NCBI GenBank assembly: GCA_000708835.1
Contig: DF237057.1
Span: forward strand, 62,001 to 126,000
Direction of reading: 5' to 3'
Length of the DNA: 64,000 nucleotides
DNA from: Klebsormidium nitens
Lineage: Eukaryota > Plantae > Klebsormidiophyceae
A program made the translations under genes and the position numbers. The notes under the pieces are model-generated. The model saw only the letters and a list, made by a program, of their open reading frames with translations. It made no database searches and was not told the origin of the DNA. Within the stretch, counting starts at the first letter, position 1. Each line of letters starts with the position of its first letter. Below, piece after piece: positions 36,301 through 49,629 of this stretch.

Positions 36301-39300
36301 GTGAGGAAAGCAAAGGATGGGAACAAAGCCCTGACGAGCTGGCCTTCTCCCGGACAACAAGACAGAACGCCGACCGACGGAATGACAAGAGGATAGCAGC
36401 GAGACGAAGAGACGGAAAGAGATTGATATGGCGGTAGCAACGCGACAAAGCGACGCAAAAAAAATTGACAAGACGTTAGCAACGAAATAAACGAGACGGA
36501 GGACAGAAGAACCAAGCTCACCCGGTACTGCAGCCCCCGGAAGTTGTGCTCCTTGTCGCGGTGCCAGCGGACGCCGTAGACGTACTCGACCTCGTACACG
36601 TTCTCGTCGACCAGCTCCTCGTCGTCCTCGCTTAGCTTCTTCTTGCCCTTGGAGGCGACCTTGGCGGGCACCTTGGCCTTCTTTGGTCGCCGCTCCTCGT
36701 CCACCTCGAGCGGGCTGGAGGAAAGAGAGAACAACATCCATTTGGCATCTTCTCGCTTCTCAAAAGAACTTGATTCGCTTGATTGGTCTTCTGCTTTTGA
36801 GAGAACTTTGGCGGGCGCCTTGGCCTTATTTGGTAGCCGCTGCTCTTCCACTTTGAAGGGCGGGGAAAGAAGAAGACCGACTTTTTGTTGGGCACTCTGG
36901 ATATCTAATCTGTGCCGATTTTGTAAATTTCAATATTGATCACCATAAGAGCAACAGCTGAAGCCTCCCTAGTTTGGATTCCTCTAAAGCGTTGAAACGG
37001 CCTCTTACTTCTGTTGGAAAAGGAGCGACGCCCCCAATAGCGTTTACTTGGAAATACGCGCTGATTGTTGCCTATCAAAGTGTGGTAGTCAGCGATTTCA
37101 AGGCCAAAATCTGCTTGCCACAGATGATGAGCCGTCCAGTGCCATGCAGCATCGCAACAGCCCGCAGAAGTCAGCCCCTTGCTGTCTCCTTCGCGGGTCT
37201 GATTACGATTCCTTCAACCCAATTGTAGAGGATTTTGCAAAACCTTTCAATGGTCTGAGAGAGTAACTTGCAGATTGTTGGAGCAGCTTCATGATCAGGG
37301 CCACCGTCCTCACATCTCCTTCGCATAGTCCACCTCCTTCTTCCCCCGAACACTGCGCCTCCCACCGGCTGCAGTGGCTTTCACAGCCTTCTCCTGCCGC
37401 TTCCGCTTCGTTCCAGTCTCATTCTCCCCCTCGTCAGGAACCTCGATTGGCTTAGTGGGAGACCCTTCTGTAACTGGAAAAGAAAGCGTGTATGCTTTCA
37501 GTCAAAAAATGGATCTGGTGTACGAAGCTGGCCGGGCAGTGTTGACGATCTTTTGTAATGGGACAAGGCAATCGTTTGCTGAAATTGAGCTCGCGTGCAT
37601 GAAAGCGAATTGTCGTTTGCTCTTACGCTCCGAGCGGCAAGCGTCAGCACTCCACAAGTTGCTAAGATTATTTCTACTCTCATTGACACTCGCATGAGAA
37701 GATCTGTAAGCATGCGCCAACGACGCTGCCGCTGAGGAGTGCATACGACGCATCTCAATCTTGGCCTATACTGGCTCTACAAATTGGGTTCCTCGTCAGA
37801 ATCGGCAGCAGGCAAAAAAGCTCAAAAGCACACGTCAGTCTGAGACCACCCCAAGAATTTACCCACAATCGAGACCTTCGTCAAGCGAAACCAATATGAA
37901 GCACTCACCCTCGGCTGGCCCGGTCTCCTCGTCCACCTTCTCCTTCCCCTTTGCATCCGGCGGAAGCACATGCGTAAACAGCCGCAGCGCTTCGCTCTTT
38001 GGCGGCTCCCCGCCGCGCCCCGTCATCGGGTCCGCCTTCGTCGACTTGCTCTTCTTGGCGGCGGGCGGCTTGGCAGCGGCGGCCGGTTTCTCCTTAGGGG
38101 CGGCGGGCTTCTTGGCGCGCTTCTTCTTCTTGGTCAGCTCCTCCGCGAGTTCGTCGTCGAGCACTTCTTCCTCGATGAAGACCGACTCGAAGGCGTCGTC
38201 CTCCTCGAGCTCAGCAATAGCTTCTTCGGCGCTCAGGCGGTAGTTGGGGACGTAGCTGTGTGAGCAAAAACCTGAGTTAGAACAGGTTTTTACATTTGGA
38301 GAAGGACGAAAAGTCCGATTTTGCACGGGTTCTTCGTCGAGCACTTCTTCCTCGACTAAGACCGACTCGAACGCGTCGTCCTCCTCGAGCTCCACGATCG
38401 GCGCCTCGTCGGCGCTCAGGCGGTAGTTGGGGACGTAACTGTGGGCGAAAGACTAAATTAGAAGCAGGATTGTTTTTAAATTGGGAAGGGGACGGACTGG
38501 CTGATTCCGCACGGGTCATTCGTCGGGCACTTCTTCCTCGATTAAGACCAACTCGAACGCGTCGCCGTCCTCCTCGAGCTCCGCGATCAGGGCCTCGTCG
38601 GCGCTCAGGCGATAGTTGAGAACGTAGCTGTGGGTGAAAGACTATTTTACAAGCAAGATGTTTTTGAATCGGAGAAGGTCAGAATGCTTGATTTCTCAAG
38701 GGTCATCCGTCGAGCACTTCTTCCTCAATGAAGACTCAAATGCGGCGTATTCTTCGGGTTTCTAGATGGGCGCTTCGTCGGCGCTCAGATGGTGCTTGAG
38801 AACGTAATTAATGTTTATATATCGGGTTAAAAGCAAGTTTAGACGAAGGGTTGGAAGCAGGAATATTTGGATTAGGTATTGTAAGAGTTACTAGGTTGGA
38901 GGCTTGGTGGTCTTGCTGGGGCACAGAAAACCCAGAACTTCGCCAAGGCGCACTAAATCCCTGAAAGACGTTGCAAAGGAATGCGGCAACCCTGGCACGG
39001 CAAGTCTTCCTGGACCTAAAGCTACAAATCAGGGATCCTGGGTATACTCTTCGCGTTTTTCATCTTAATGAAAAAGTAGTTTGAAGAAATTTCGCAGCAG
39101 TTGCAAAGAGGATAGCCACAGCGACTTGGAGCACCGAGCATAAACAGCCTCAATCTTGCCACAGATTCTTACGGACGCATACTTTAGATTGGACGGGCAG
39201 GCAAAAAACAGCTGACTACCCATGATACGGAATAGGCAAGGGTGGAATTTCGTCTGCTGCACTAAACTTACGTTGAGCGGATGATCTTGACTAGCTCCTC

Positions 39301-42300
39301 AGGCAGCTGGTAGTCCGTCTCCCCATCGACATAGATTTTCTTGAGCCGCAGCCACTCGATGCAGACCATGAAGAAGTTCTCTGCTGACTCGTTCCGCACC
39401 TGCACGAGAGCAGGAGCTGCTGTCTGCGAAATGCAATGAGCACCTGAAGGCTGCATGAGTCGACACAGAGCTGTGTTGAGAGAAATCTCAAACCGCCAAA
39501 CGATCCAAACCTGTCAGTGGGCGTGCAGCGCATCCAGTCTAATGATTACCAAGGAGCAGCGCTTCTGTCAAGAACGAATGTCAAAACTTCTTGAGCCTAT
39601 GCTGGCCAACTTTGTGATCTATTCTTACACTCGTTCCTGGAGGTTCAGTTGTGTCTGATTGTGCTCCCCGTAAATCACGAATTTCTTTTCAATCAAGTAA
39701 CAGATGGAGTAAACGGGCTCTCGAGGCAACGCGGCTTTGGAAGCACTCACGTGGGTCTCCGGGTGGTTCAGCTTGTACGTCTCGCTTGCGCACTCCATCA
39801 TGTCAACGGCCCATTTCTGCAAGAAGGACAAATGACTGCTTCTTGTGCTGTTGTGCGAACGAGGAACTTCTCTTGACGGTACGAACAAAGAAGACAGCTT
39901 GTTTCCAGCATCTAGCCGGCCCACCGGAAAACCGAGTTGTAGTTATAATTTGGGACCACGCACATCGAGCAATCCTCACTCAGAAAAAATCCTGGTCATC
40001 AGAGAGCGAACCGGCCTTCAAAGACGCACAGAAGCTTCATATCTTACACAGGAGCTGAGGCAATACGCAGCGCGTCCAGATCGAGCTGACGGCAATGCTG
40101 CTCAAGGAGAAACTTCGGAACAATGAAAGTAGCTCGACCACCTATCGCACTAGGCAAGAACACCCCTTGTCTGTTGAGGCCCAACCATCCTCGTTCTGTT
40201 GATTAAAGAGTACATCTGATTGCGCAAACGCTCATCTATAAACGATATGTCCGAGTCGATCCGTAGTTTCTCAGCAGAAAGCATGAAATGATACACAAAG
40301 CCAGACCGTACCAAGTGACTTCTCCATCAACTTACGTGATGCAGGGTGACCCCCGCCTTCCCCAGGCCGTGTCCAAGCCCTGTGGACATGCCCCCGCACC
40401 CCGCGTACATGTCGAGCACCGTCAGGAACTCCTGAGCCTTCGGGTAGTTGTGTCCGTCCAGGAAGTCCTTCAGATTGGCGGTCTTGGTCGGGCCTTTCGT
40501 GGGTGCGCCTCTGACCTTCCCTTCGACCTCTGCAAAAACCGCAAGGGTCTCGTAAGGACGGCCCGGAAAATTATTGCTTCTCTAACCGCCGCTTCTTCCA
40601 GGCGTTGAATCTGCTGGATCTGTCACCAACTTCGAATGGCCCGGAAAGTTTACTGTTGAGAAATGGATGGCCACGGGCACGAGTTTTGCACATCACAGCA
40701 CGTTGTGGATCTATTTTGTGGTGTCGTCCCGCTCTGAGCAGCACGTTGTGGATCGTTTTTGTGGTGTCGTCCCGCTCTGAGTGCTTGCTATCAAACGCTG
40801 CCAAGAACCTCTAAAATATTTCGCAGTCTTTCGCAAGAAAGTTTAGAACATCCTGATGACCCTGAAGCCACACTGGCGAGTAACGACGGTCAACGCGGTC
40901 GATCATCTTTGGTCCACTTCTATACGTTTCAACCCAGGACGCCGTGCGTTTTCTTTCACTGTTTTTGTTGTTCAGGATAGCAGGCTTGATGTTAAGAGAC
41001 TGATCCCATCCGTGCGTTTAGAACTTCGCAATTGCAGTCGTCTGCAGAGATAAGCTGAGTAGACAACAAACCTGGCTGGTTCGACGCAGGAGCAGGCTCC
41101 ACCTTCTTGGGTGCCGGCACCGTCGCGGTGACAGTCGCCGTGGCTGTGACCTCGACCGTGGTCGTCTCAGGACCAGTAATGGCCTTCTTGACCGCAGTTG
41201 CGCCCTCGAAGGCCGCTTGGACTGCCGCCCCGATCTTCGCCGTTACTGTGGCCATTATCTTGGCCTCTGGTGCAGCGTCTTTAGTGGAGGGTCCGGGCGC
41301 AGCTGCGGCAAGAACAAATAGGACGAAACCCTCAGCAACAAAGCTTCTTATAAGGTCGGCTTGTGCAGCATGGAATGTGCACGTCATTCTCGCTATGTCT
41401 ACGCAGAGATCGAGGTGGACTACTTCGAAAATGACGAATGAGTTTTGGGAGCGCTTTAGTGTTAGTCTGCTGGGAATTAGACGCTTCAATTGGTTGGTTC
41501 CGCTTGAGACCTCGACTTGGCGACAATCATCGTGGGCTCCTAAACAACGACGGAGACCAAGGGAAGGAGATCGGCTGGATTCAGTAGTGCCTTGTCTTGT
41601 AACTTGAGCTTGAACTCCCTCCCTCGAGGAAAGCAGAATACCCTCACAAAGTCGAGTCACGAAAGTGTGGAAGCAGTACCTTCTGCCGCCTTCCCTGTCT
41701 TCCTTGCTGGCGGAGCGTTTTCCGCCTCCTCGTCCTCAGAGTCCAGCGCAACTGGCTTCTCCGCACTGCCCAGCTCCCCTTTCTGAGGGCTTGGTTTGAA
41801 GATCGCCCGGGAGCTGGCCCTTCTGGTTCTGCCAACTGAAACAAGAAGAGAATTGAATCAGGTTAAATTGAGGACATATACAACCCCGTGAGGTAGTTCA
41901 GGGGGGACGGTTGGACTGCTGGAGGCCAAAAGGCCCCAATGAGCGAAGAAAGAAGGGGGGATAAGAAGAAAACAAGGTCCATCTATTTTCTTGGTGACAG
42001 GCCGAGAGGAGTTGGTTGTCTTGGTTCGGATATAGCAAAACGGTCCGTCCTGGTACGTGACATTGAACATGTCAAAAACCGGACGCAGAAGAAAGTTGTT
42101 CGAGCGAGCAGTGAGCAACTTCCACGTTGGCAGTACGTCCAGCCACCCTATCCTGTGTGCACCAAAGCACCAAAGACTTTGTTTCTCTTTCGGAAGTAGC
42201 TAGAGCTTGGACAGACAGATTGGGTCTGACTTTTGACACGCACCGCTTGTGGTAGCAGTGGAGGGGGTCGCCGGCACCGCGCTCTCCTCAGCCCTCGCCT

Positions 42301-45300
42301 TGCGCAGCGGGCGCTCCTTCGCTCCCTCCACCTTGGCGTCAGACTTGCTCGGGGTGCTCCCTCCGGAGAGCTCTGTGAGCGACACAACCTTCTTTGAGGG
42401 CGTCGGTTCCGAAAGGCGCTTCTCCAGGCCCACAACGTTGACCTTGCTCGGGGTGTCTGGGTCGTCGTCTTCAGAGGGAGTCGCCTGAACCGAAGGGCCT
42501 GGGTCGGAGGAGGGGCCTGCCCTGCTCGAGGGCCCGGGATCGGAGGAGGGCCCGGCCTCGTTTGGGGCCTCTGCGGGACATCAGGAAAGAGGTTTGAGTC
42601 TCTCAAGGTCCGACGGGGCAGCAGTCGGACAGGGTTGGCCACGAAGAGGAACCAGTCAAGGGCAAGTTTTCCTCAGCAAGTTCTGCCATGTTTCGGATCT
42701 GTGATGCAGTGTGATGCAGTGTGAGAGAGGCCTGTTTCTGCTGATGTGTCGGGTGTTCCCTGTGATCTTTGCAGTGTTATTTTTGGATAGTCGACCTTTC
42801 CTGATCGATCTCAGAGCCCAAATATGACAAAGCTGGAAAAAGCGAGGATAAAGTCCTGATTGATTTCGCTCGGTACTAGATCCATGAGAAGACATCTTGG
42901 AAGAGGTCTTGGATTGAAAGTGGGTTGCCGTTTTGCGTGCACAGGGATCCGTATTTCTCCTCTGATTAAATCTTTCCTTCCAGCTTTTACAATAACTACG
43001 TTGCAAGAAGAGTATGCTCTTCTCGGTCTGTGAAACGGAGTGATTCCTGCACGCTTTGCCCTGGTTGATGGATACTTTGATGCTTTTGATGCTTTCTCGT
43101 CCAGATGATGGATGGCCTCACCCAAGACCCCAAAAGCTTCAGCAAGGTCTGAGGTTTTCATGTGAAGCTTACCAGCCTTTACAGAGGCGACGACAGCCTC
43201 CTTCCCAGCTGCCTTTTTCCCCTTTTCAGCCTTTGTCCGTTTTCCTACAGTCTCAGTCGGTGGGGGTGGGACGAATGTGTCCACCGGTCCCGCAACGCTG
43301 GCGGCAGGGCTGTGGCCCTTGTGTCTCGGCATGTTGTCAGGGTTTGCCTGCTTGTTCGGCCGTAGCGGGTTCACACCAGAGACTGCAAAGTGGACATTGT
43401 AATGAGATATGGGGATCGAAGGAGCAAGGGGAAAAAGCAGGAGATAGAACACAATATAAGGCAGATGCAACCTGAATCCAACTGGGAAGATTAATGACAA
43501 ACTCAGATGCCCCTGAAAAGGGCTCAAGCTACCTTTGGTGCCTTGGAAGATCTTACAAACGGAGTCATTACTTGCAGGCAATGAGGAAGCAACCTAGCGT
43601 GCTCACCTGGGCCAGGCGTGTGCTGGATCGAGTTGTATGACTGGGCCCAGTACGAGTTGTACCAGTAGTCGCACTCCGGAATTGGCACGCCTGCTGCCAC
43701 ATCCTGCAAAAGGTGAAAAAAATGAGCATACTTACAAGATTTGAAAGCTCCATTTCATGAATTCTGCTCAGAAGGATGAAAGCTTCCAAAATCTCCGCGT
43801 TGATAGCTCCTGTTTCTTTTCTGAGGGAAAGACTCCAGTTGGGAGCCGAAACGGCCCCTCGTTTGAATGTTGAGAAATTTGTGATCACTTTGGCATAACG
43901 TGAATCGTTTTGGCATCCAAGCAACCTTATGCTCTGAAGTATGTCCGAGTTTCAAGGACTCTGCGCAACTGTTCACTGCAATGATTCAAACGTTTCAGCC
44001 TCTGCGAATGAATGAAATGGTTTTTTTGCCCAACCTTAGTAAAACGACCTAGCATGAGATGACACGACCTTCCGCTGTCTGCTTGCAGAGCAGGGTAGAC
44101 GGGTAGCTGAGTTGGTACTTACTGTTGGTGGCACATACACCACCGTCAACTTGCTCTTTATGCACCCCAGAGGATTGTCGTTCTCGTCATTGTTGCTCCA
44201 GTCAGAGAGCAACACCATCTTGTCATGGATATGTCCCCCCTTGACAGCGCCAACGCTTCTCAGGACCTGGAGAATGTGCGTAACGAACAATTCGTTCCAG
44301 CTTGCCTTACAAACCTTTTGCAGCTGAGCATGGCAGTTGAGGAGCTTCTGATGCATGAAGATCAGACGGGCAAATGCGCACCAAGCAGCGGAGTGGTTGA
44401 CTTTTCTCCACACGGCTTACAATCGGCGGCAAAAAGTACGGACATCCGGAGACAATGCACAGAACTTAAGCAAATGGACACCCTGCAGTAACTAGGAGTA
44501 AGGGACTTTGTGCGGCGACCAGTGAAGTGTGAGCATCCTGCAGCAGCAAATGATTGGCACGAAAGCAGGAATCTCGGCCTTGCGGACATGGGTAATCCAT
44601 ACGTTGATGAATCCAGACACAAGACGGGGAAGGCATAAAGCATTGAGATGGAAGGCGGGAAGGCCCTGCCAGCAGTTCTGGTGTAGCAGCTGCTTACCGT
44701 GTCTGCAACCCTCCAAAACCATCGTGCATGGAAAATCTTCTCCCGTTTTGGGCTTTCAAACAACTCGTAGATAATCGCAACGTAGTCAACATCGGGACCC
44801 TGCAGCAAATTATGTTGGTTACTGGGGGACAAGGATTATTCTTGGCCGACTGACAGACTAAGTCAAAGAGCCTTATACAACATGTGCGAATCTAAGTTGC
44901 ATCCACATCAAGTAGCCTAAACACACCTGCTCTGGATAATGCTGACTCTCTTGACAGAGAAACCAACAGACTGTGCTGAAGTGTTTGAGACATACCTGTA
45001 CTGCAACAGCGTCCCCAAGCGAGACAACGATGCCGTCTACTGATGCTTGCTCATAGTGCGCGGTGGCTAGATGCTCCCCATTCACCTTAGCAAGGTTCTG
45101 CGCAGCAATAGTAACGATGAGGATTTGTGCTGTGTGCCTTCAGAACTTGAAACTGAATACACGAGAGGAATAAGATGCACATTGCCTCTTGTAGCCACCT
45201 TATCCAACAGCGTGTGCAATGAATGGCTAGACCTGCAAACTCTTACTTCATAAAGCACCGGCACATGACTGCAACTGTTGACAGGCCTCTAACCAAGGGG

Positions 45301-46761
45301 AGCAACAGCCTGACTCCATCCACACCGATTGCTTTCAGGGGATCCGTCAAGTAAGAAGTCGAGTAGGTTCATATATAGGTTCATGTTGACCAGTATGCTT
45401 GACAAGGGATCCCATCTGCTCAAGACTGAAAACTGCATACTCGAGTGTAGTAGCCACCACATAGAGCATGGCAATGATACAGTCTCTGTATCTGGATGAC
45501 TGTCATCACAAGGCACTGGAAGAGCATCATCTAATGTTGTTTGTATGTGAAGCTTGAGACTGGACTCAGTGTGTTTGAGTGACTTGAGTAGGTGACCCTG
45601 CCTGCGAGAACGATGTGAACAAAAGATGCTATGATTCCTTTCTAACACATCAACAGCACAGGCCTTGACTTGCTTCAGCTCTTGCAGCTGTGATTCAAGG
45701 GAACTCCTGCTTACCTCGTTTGATCCATACCGATGAGGCCAAAACTTCTTGGCCTGATCCTTTGGAATTGGTTTTCCAATCCAGAGCCCCTCCTCCTCTG
45801 GGGCCTCAACCTTCTTTTTCGACGCCTTTGAAGGGCCTTCTACAATCTGGGTATCTTCTTCGGTCTCTGTTTCTGCTAGCTCATCGTAAGGAGAGTCTTT
45901 CTCCTCCTCAATCTCACTGACTGGAGAAGCCTTCCGCTTAGCATTGCGAGCCTTTGGCTTGGGTTTCTGCTTCTGCTCCTGCGGCAGGGAGGTGAAAATA
46001 ATCTGAGAATCGTCTCACAGATCTGAGAATCATCTCAACTGCAACTTCAAGTTGCAGTTGACGGTCATTGCTCAGTCTGTGTGCTGTAACCCAGCAAACA
46101 AAGGTTGGACACTTGGATAGAGGCAATCTGCGCGATTGTACTGAAAGTTAATTGCTATTCATCTATCAATGCAACTCACAGTAGGTCCAAAGGAGGCACC
46201 TTTTACCAAGACTTGTCATGTGACTTTTGAAAACGGTAAACAAGTTCTGGAAACGACCATTTTCCCGACCATCTGCTGCATCGAGGCTCCTAACGGAGTG
46301 GTCAGTACTGACCATCTACCGTTGTCAAAGGAGGGATTCCGAAGCGATGCTTTATTTTCTCAAATGCGCCAGCTGACCCAGACTTGAACAATTTTGGACA
46401 AGGCGGCAGCAAGTTCACAAGTTATTCCTGATGAGATAGGGCAACCATTTAGGAAAATTGCATTTTCAACCAGTTAAAGGGTCCAATTTGCTACGAAGTG
46501 ACTAGAATGTTCCGTGGAACAACACAACATACTGATCACCAGGTATCTGCGTCCTACCTTCTGCTTCTGCTTCCGGGCTGGACGAGACGGGCTGACAGCC
46601 TCCACCCCTCCAACATCCTCGCTCACGGAGACGCCACTCACCCCCTCAAAATCGCTGGGTACCTCGTCCCCTGCCTTGCTGCTGTCAATGTCCATTGCTG
46701 AAGGGCGAGCTGAGCTCTTTCCCTGACGCCCCATGCCGATGTTCCAGAGCTGTTTCAACAT
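30372..46761 (-). CDS. CMT: Chromomethylase (BAH + C5 DNA methyltransferase with embedded chromodomain), about 23 exons; start codon uncertain (46761, 46734 or 46695)
   Basis: BAH: HYEQASVDG...[11 protein letters not shown]...RWFWRVADT...CDYWYN. Motif I: [14 protein letters not shown]. Chromodomain: YEVEYV...[15 protein letters not shown]. Motif IV: ICGGPPCQG. Motif VI: LMENVVDIL. Motif VIII: PQFRMR. Also GANFRDLPG and [11 protein letters not shown]; motif [15 protein letters not shown]; motif [11 protein letters not shown]; stop at 30372. One phase inconsistency at about 35121. Confidence 0.95.
38140..38810 (-). repeat. Four tandem copies (about 185-bp period) of a CMT acceptor plus exon start, one functional and three decaying
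   Basis: cacag|(C/T)TACGT(C/T)C(C/T)CAACTA(C/T)CGCCTGAGCGCCGA...GAGGAAGAAGTGC units at about 38257, 38438, 38627 and 38805. Confidence 0.9.
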
Positions 46762-47522
46762 GCCATCAGCTCTGAGAAAGGAATTGGGTGATACCGGTAC
46801 CGTCAAGCGTCACTTCGAGGGGTGTTACTCAGTGTTACTACTTAGATCTTATCCACACGCGGCCCTCCTTTCAAATTTTGTTCAAAGTGGAAGAAACATT
46901 GTAACGATTTGAATGTAGTCAGCCTTTCTGTGATTTTGAATTTCAGTGTTCAATGCCAGAGCTGGAGCAATTGCCAATTTCTATCCATCTTCGCGTGTTT
47001 TGGCGGGAGATTCTTTGACCGTCGATAGAGCGGGATTCAATATCGTACGGACGAGTTCGAATACTTTGGATTTCAAATTTTCATCCTACCCAGGTGGGTC
47101 GCCGAATCTTGCAATGGGGCTTTCTGATACCGCATTGGCTCCGCAGTTTGGGGTACCGAAAACGCGGAAAGTCAAGCATCGACGGTCGTCGACAGTTGTT
47201 GGAAAAAATGATGACGTCAAGATGACGGCAGAAAAAATGGCTGCCAACCTCAAAGAGCTTCCTCGTCGGACCTAGCTTGCTGTGAGCAGCCGCACTGCTC
47301 ATGGTGTCCAAGATACATGCATTTTCAACTTTGCATATTGTAATGCATTCCAAAGCTGAACTGTAGGGACCTTTTTGAGCTTCAGGGATGCACATTTACC
47401 CCTTGTACCAAGTCCGCATAGCGTATCGTTTGTATTTGGACGCCGTAAGAGCTTAGTTTTGCACCTTGCAGCAAGCTTCAAGCAAGGCTGCAATTGCTCA
47501 AATGAGCATGCTGCTTACCGTA

Positions 47523-48251
47523 NNNNNNNNNNNNNNNNNNNNNNNNNNNNNNNNNNNNNNNNNNNNNNNNNNNNNNNNNNNNNNNNNNNNNNNNNNNNNN
47601 NNNNNNNNNNNNNNNNNNNNNNNNNNNNNNNNNNNNNNNNNNNNNNNNNNNNNNNNNNNNNNNNNNNNNNNNNNNNNNNNNNNNNNNNNNNNNNNNNNNN
47701 NNNNNNNNNNNNNNNNNNNNNNNNNNNNNNNNNNNNNNNNNNNNNNNNNNNNNNNNNNNNNNNNNNNNNNNNNNNNNNNNNNNNNNNNNNNNNNNNNNNN
47801 NNNNNNNNNNNNNNNNNNNNNNNNNNNNNNNNNNNNNNNNNNNNNNNNNNNNNNNNNNNNNNNNNNNNNNNNNNNNNNNNNNNNNNNNNNNNNNNNNNNN
47901 NNNNNNNNNNNNNNNNNNNNNNNNNNNNNNNNNNNNNNNNNNNNNNNNNNNNNNNNNNNNNNNNNNNNNNNNNNNNNNNNNNNNNNNNNNNNNNNNNNNN
48001 NNNNNNNNNNNNNNNNNNNNNNNNNNNNNNNNNNNNNNNNNNNNNNNNNNNNNNNNNNNNNNNNNNNNNNNNNNNNNNNNNNNNNNNNNNNNNNNNNNNN
48101 NNNNNNNNNNNNNNNNNNNNNNNNNNNNNNNNNNNNNNNNNNNNNNNNNNNNNNNNNNNNNNNNNNNNNNNNNNNNNNNNNNNNNNNNNNNNNNNNNNNN
48201 NNNNNNNNNNNNNNNNNNNNNNNNNNNNNNNNNNNNNNNNNNNNNNNNNNN
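47523..48251. other. Assembly gap (N run)
   Basis: Run of N between the CMT 5' region and the BSL 3' region. Confidence 0.99.
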
Positions 48252-49629
48252 TGTTCCATGAGCTCAAAGATGAACATGGAATGTTTCATATGCATACATT
48301 GTGAGTTTTGAGCTGCGGCATGCTGCTCCACCTAGATGAGGTGCCATGGCTTACCGCCAGTGCCAAGGCAGACCTTGCTCAAAGCAGCTTCAATTGTCCC
48401 TCCTTTGTCCCAACCAATTTCTGTTGCTCAGTCGATGTCTGGTGTGCCAAGCCTGATTAGGCCCCTTCTTCATCGAATCGACAATTCCGATCGGGCGGTT
48501 TGTGGCCCAGCTTTTTCATCGGACGGTTGCGGTATCATTTTGGTCAATCCCTCAGGCAAATTCAGATTCGGCGCTCCACCTGACCTAGCACCGATTCCGG
48601 AAGTGCGGTATTTACAGAATACGGTATTGGCGATTCTGGCCCGTCTTGTCTTGAATCACGGACCATGAGGAGTCCAACGTCGGTGGGCGGCCCACGTCCA
48701 TTTAAGCCTAGTACGGTAGATACCTTTACCTTAGAATATCATGGCTTGCAGGTGGAATTGCAGGCGCAAAGGGATCGCTGTTGAGACCTGCATTGCATAT
48801 ATCAATTAATCATGATACTTGTATTACGGTACTCCTATACCTATACCGTATACCGTATATACCACATTATTGACCACAATGCAATCAAGTCATACGCATC
48901 CCGCCATGTTGATTGAAGAAACAGTGACAAACTACGATCGTCCCTGTACGTAGTATTTGTGTTTATGAAAACCATGTGCATGCATGACATATGTCGCTGA
49001 TCATTATATGGATATTCGACTTGCAACATTGCGGGATGTGAAAACTAATTACAGGACCTTAGGAAGCCATATGTTCATTCGCAATTGTGCACCTTTTTAA
49101 TGATGCAAAAGAACGTTGAAGCACATTGGATGATAGAAATATAGAGCAGGCGTTCTCAGGGCATTCGAGGTTCTTGCAAGGATCGAACATATTCGATACA
49201 TTCAACATTTGACCTAGGTAAGCTTGAGACTAAGATGGAGCCTAGTAAGATATGAACGAGGTGGTCTTAAGGAAAAGGAGGCTGCATCTTCAAGCGACTT
49301 CTGCTGCCTCGTTTGATCATCCTTACAACAAACCGACCACATGACAAGAGAACTCCGCCATGTCATGCTAGCCTAACCTTCCTCCAAAAAAAGATAGTCG
49401 TTCGTTTTTGCAGGAAGGCTAAGGTGTTGCAGCAACAGAGATGACCCCTTTGACCGAGCTTTTGCAACTCACGGACTGCTTACCTATTTGATCGACCAAC
49501 TTGTGCCAATGTTTATACAAACCCACGGCGCACCTAAAGCACTGTCCTATAAGCCTAAGCAGACGTATTGCGCTGTTAAGATTCCTGAACAAAGCACATT
49601 TGTATAAGCTGGCGCCTAGCTAAAAAGAC

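Noticed and set aside
40715-40785. Short direct duplications (also about 54232-54252 and 62270-62290)
   Set aside because: Ordinary local slippage duplications in introns or intergenic DNA with no further structure.
46946-47275. 109-aa plus-strand ORF
   Set aside because: Starts at a non-ATG codon, has no recognisable motif and lies in the probable CMT 5' leader or promoter.
47375-48331. Long ORFs spanning 47.4-48.3 kb
   Set aside because: Artefacts of translating through the N gap.
48350-48430. Possible minus-strand exon (EIGWDKGGTIEAALSKVCLGTG|gtaag) next to the gap
   Set aside because: Isolated, with no partner exons visible and no recognisable family; cannot be supported without the gap sequence.
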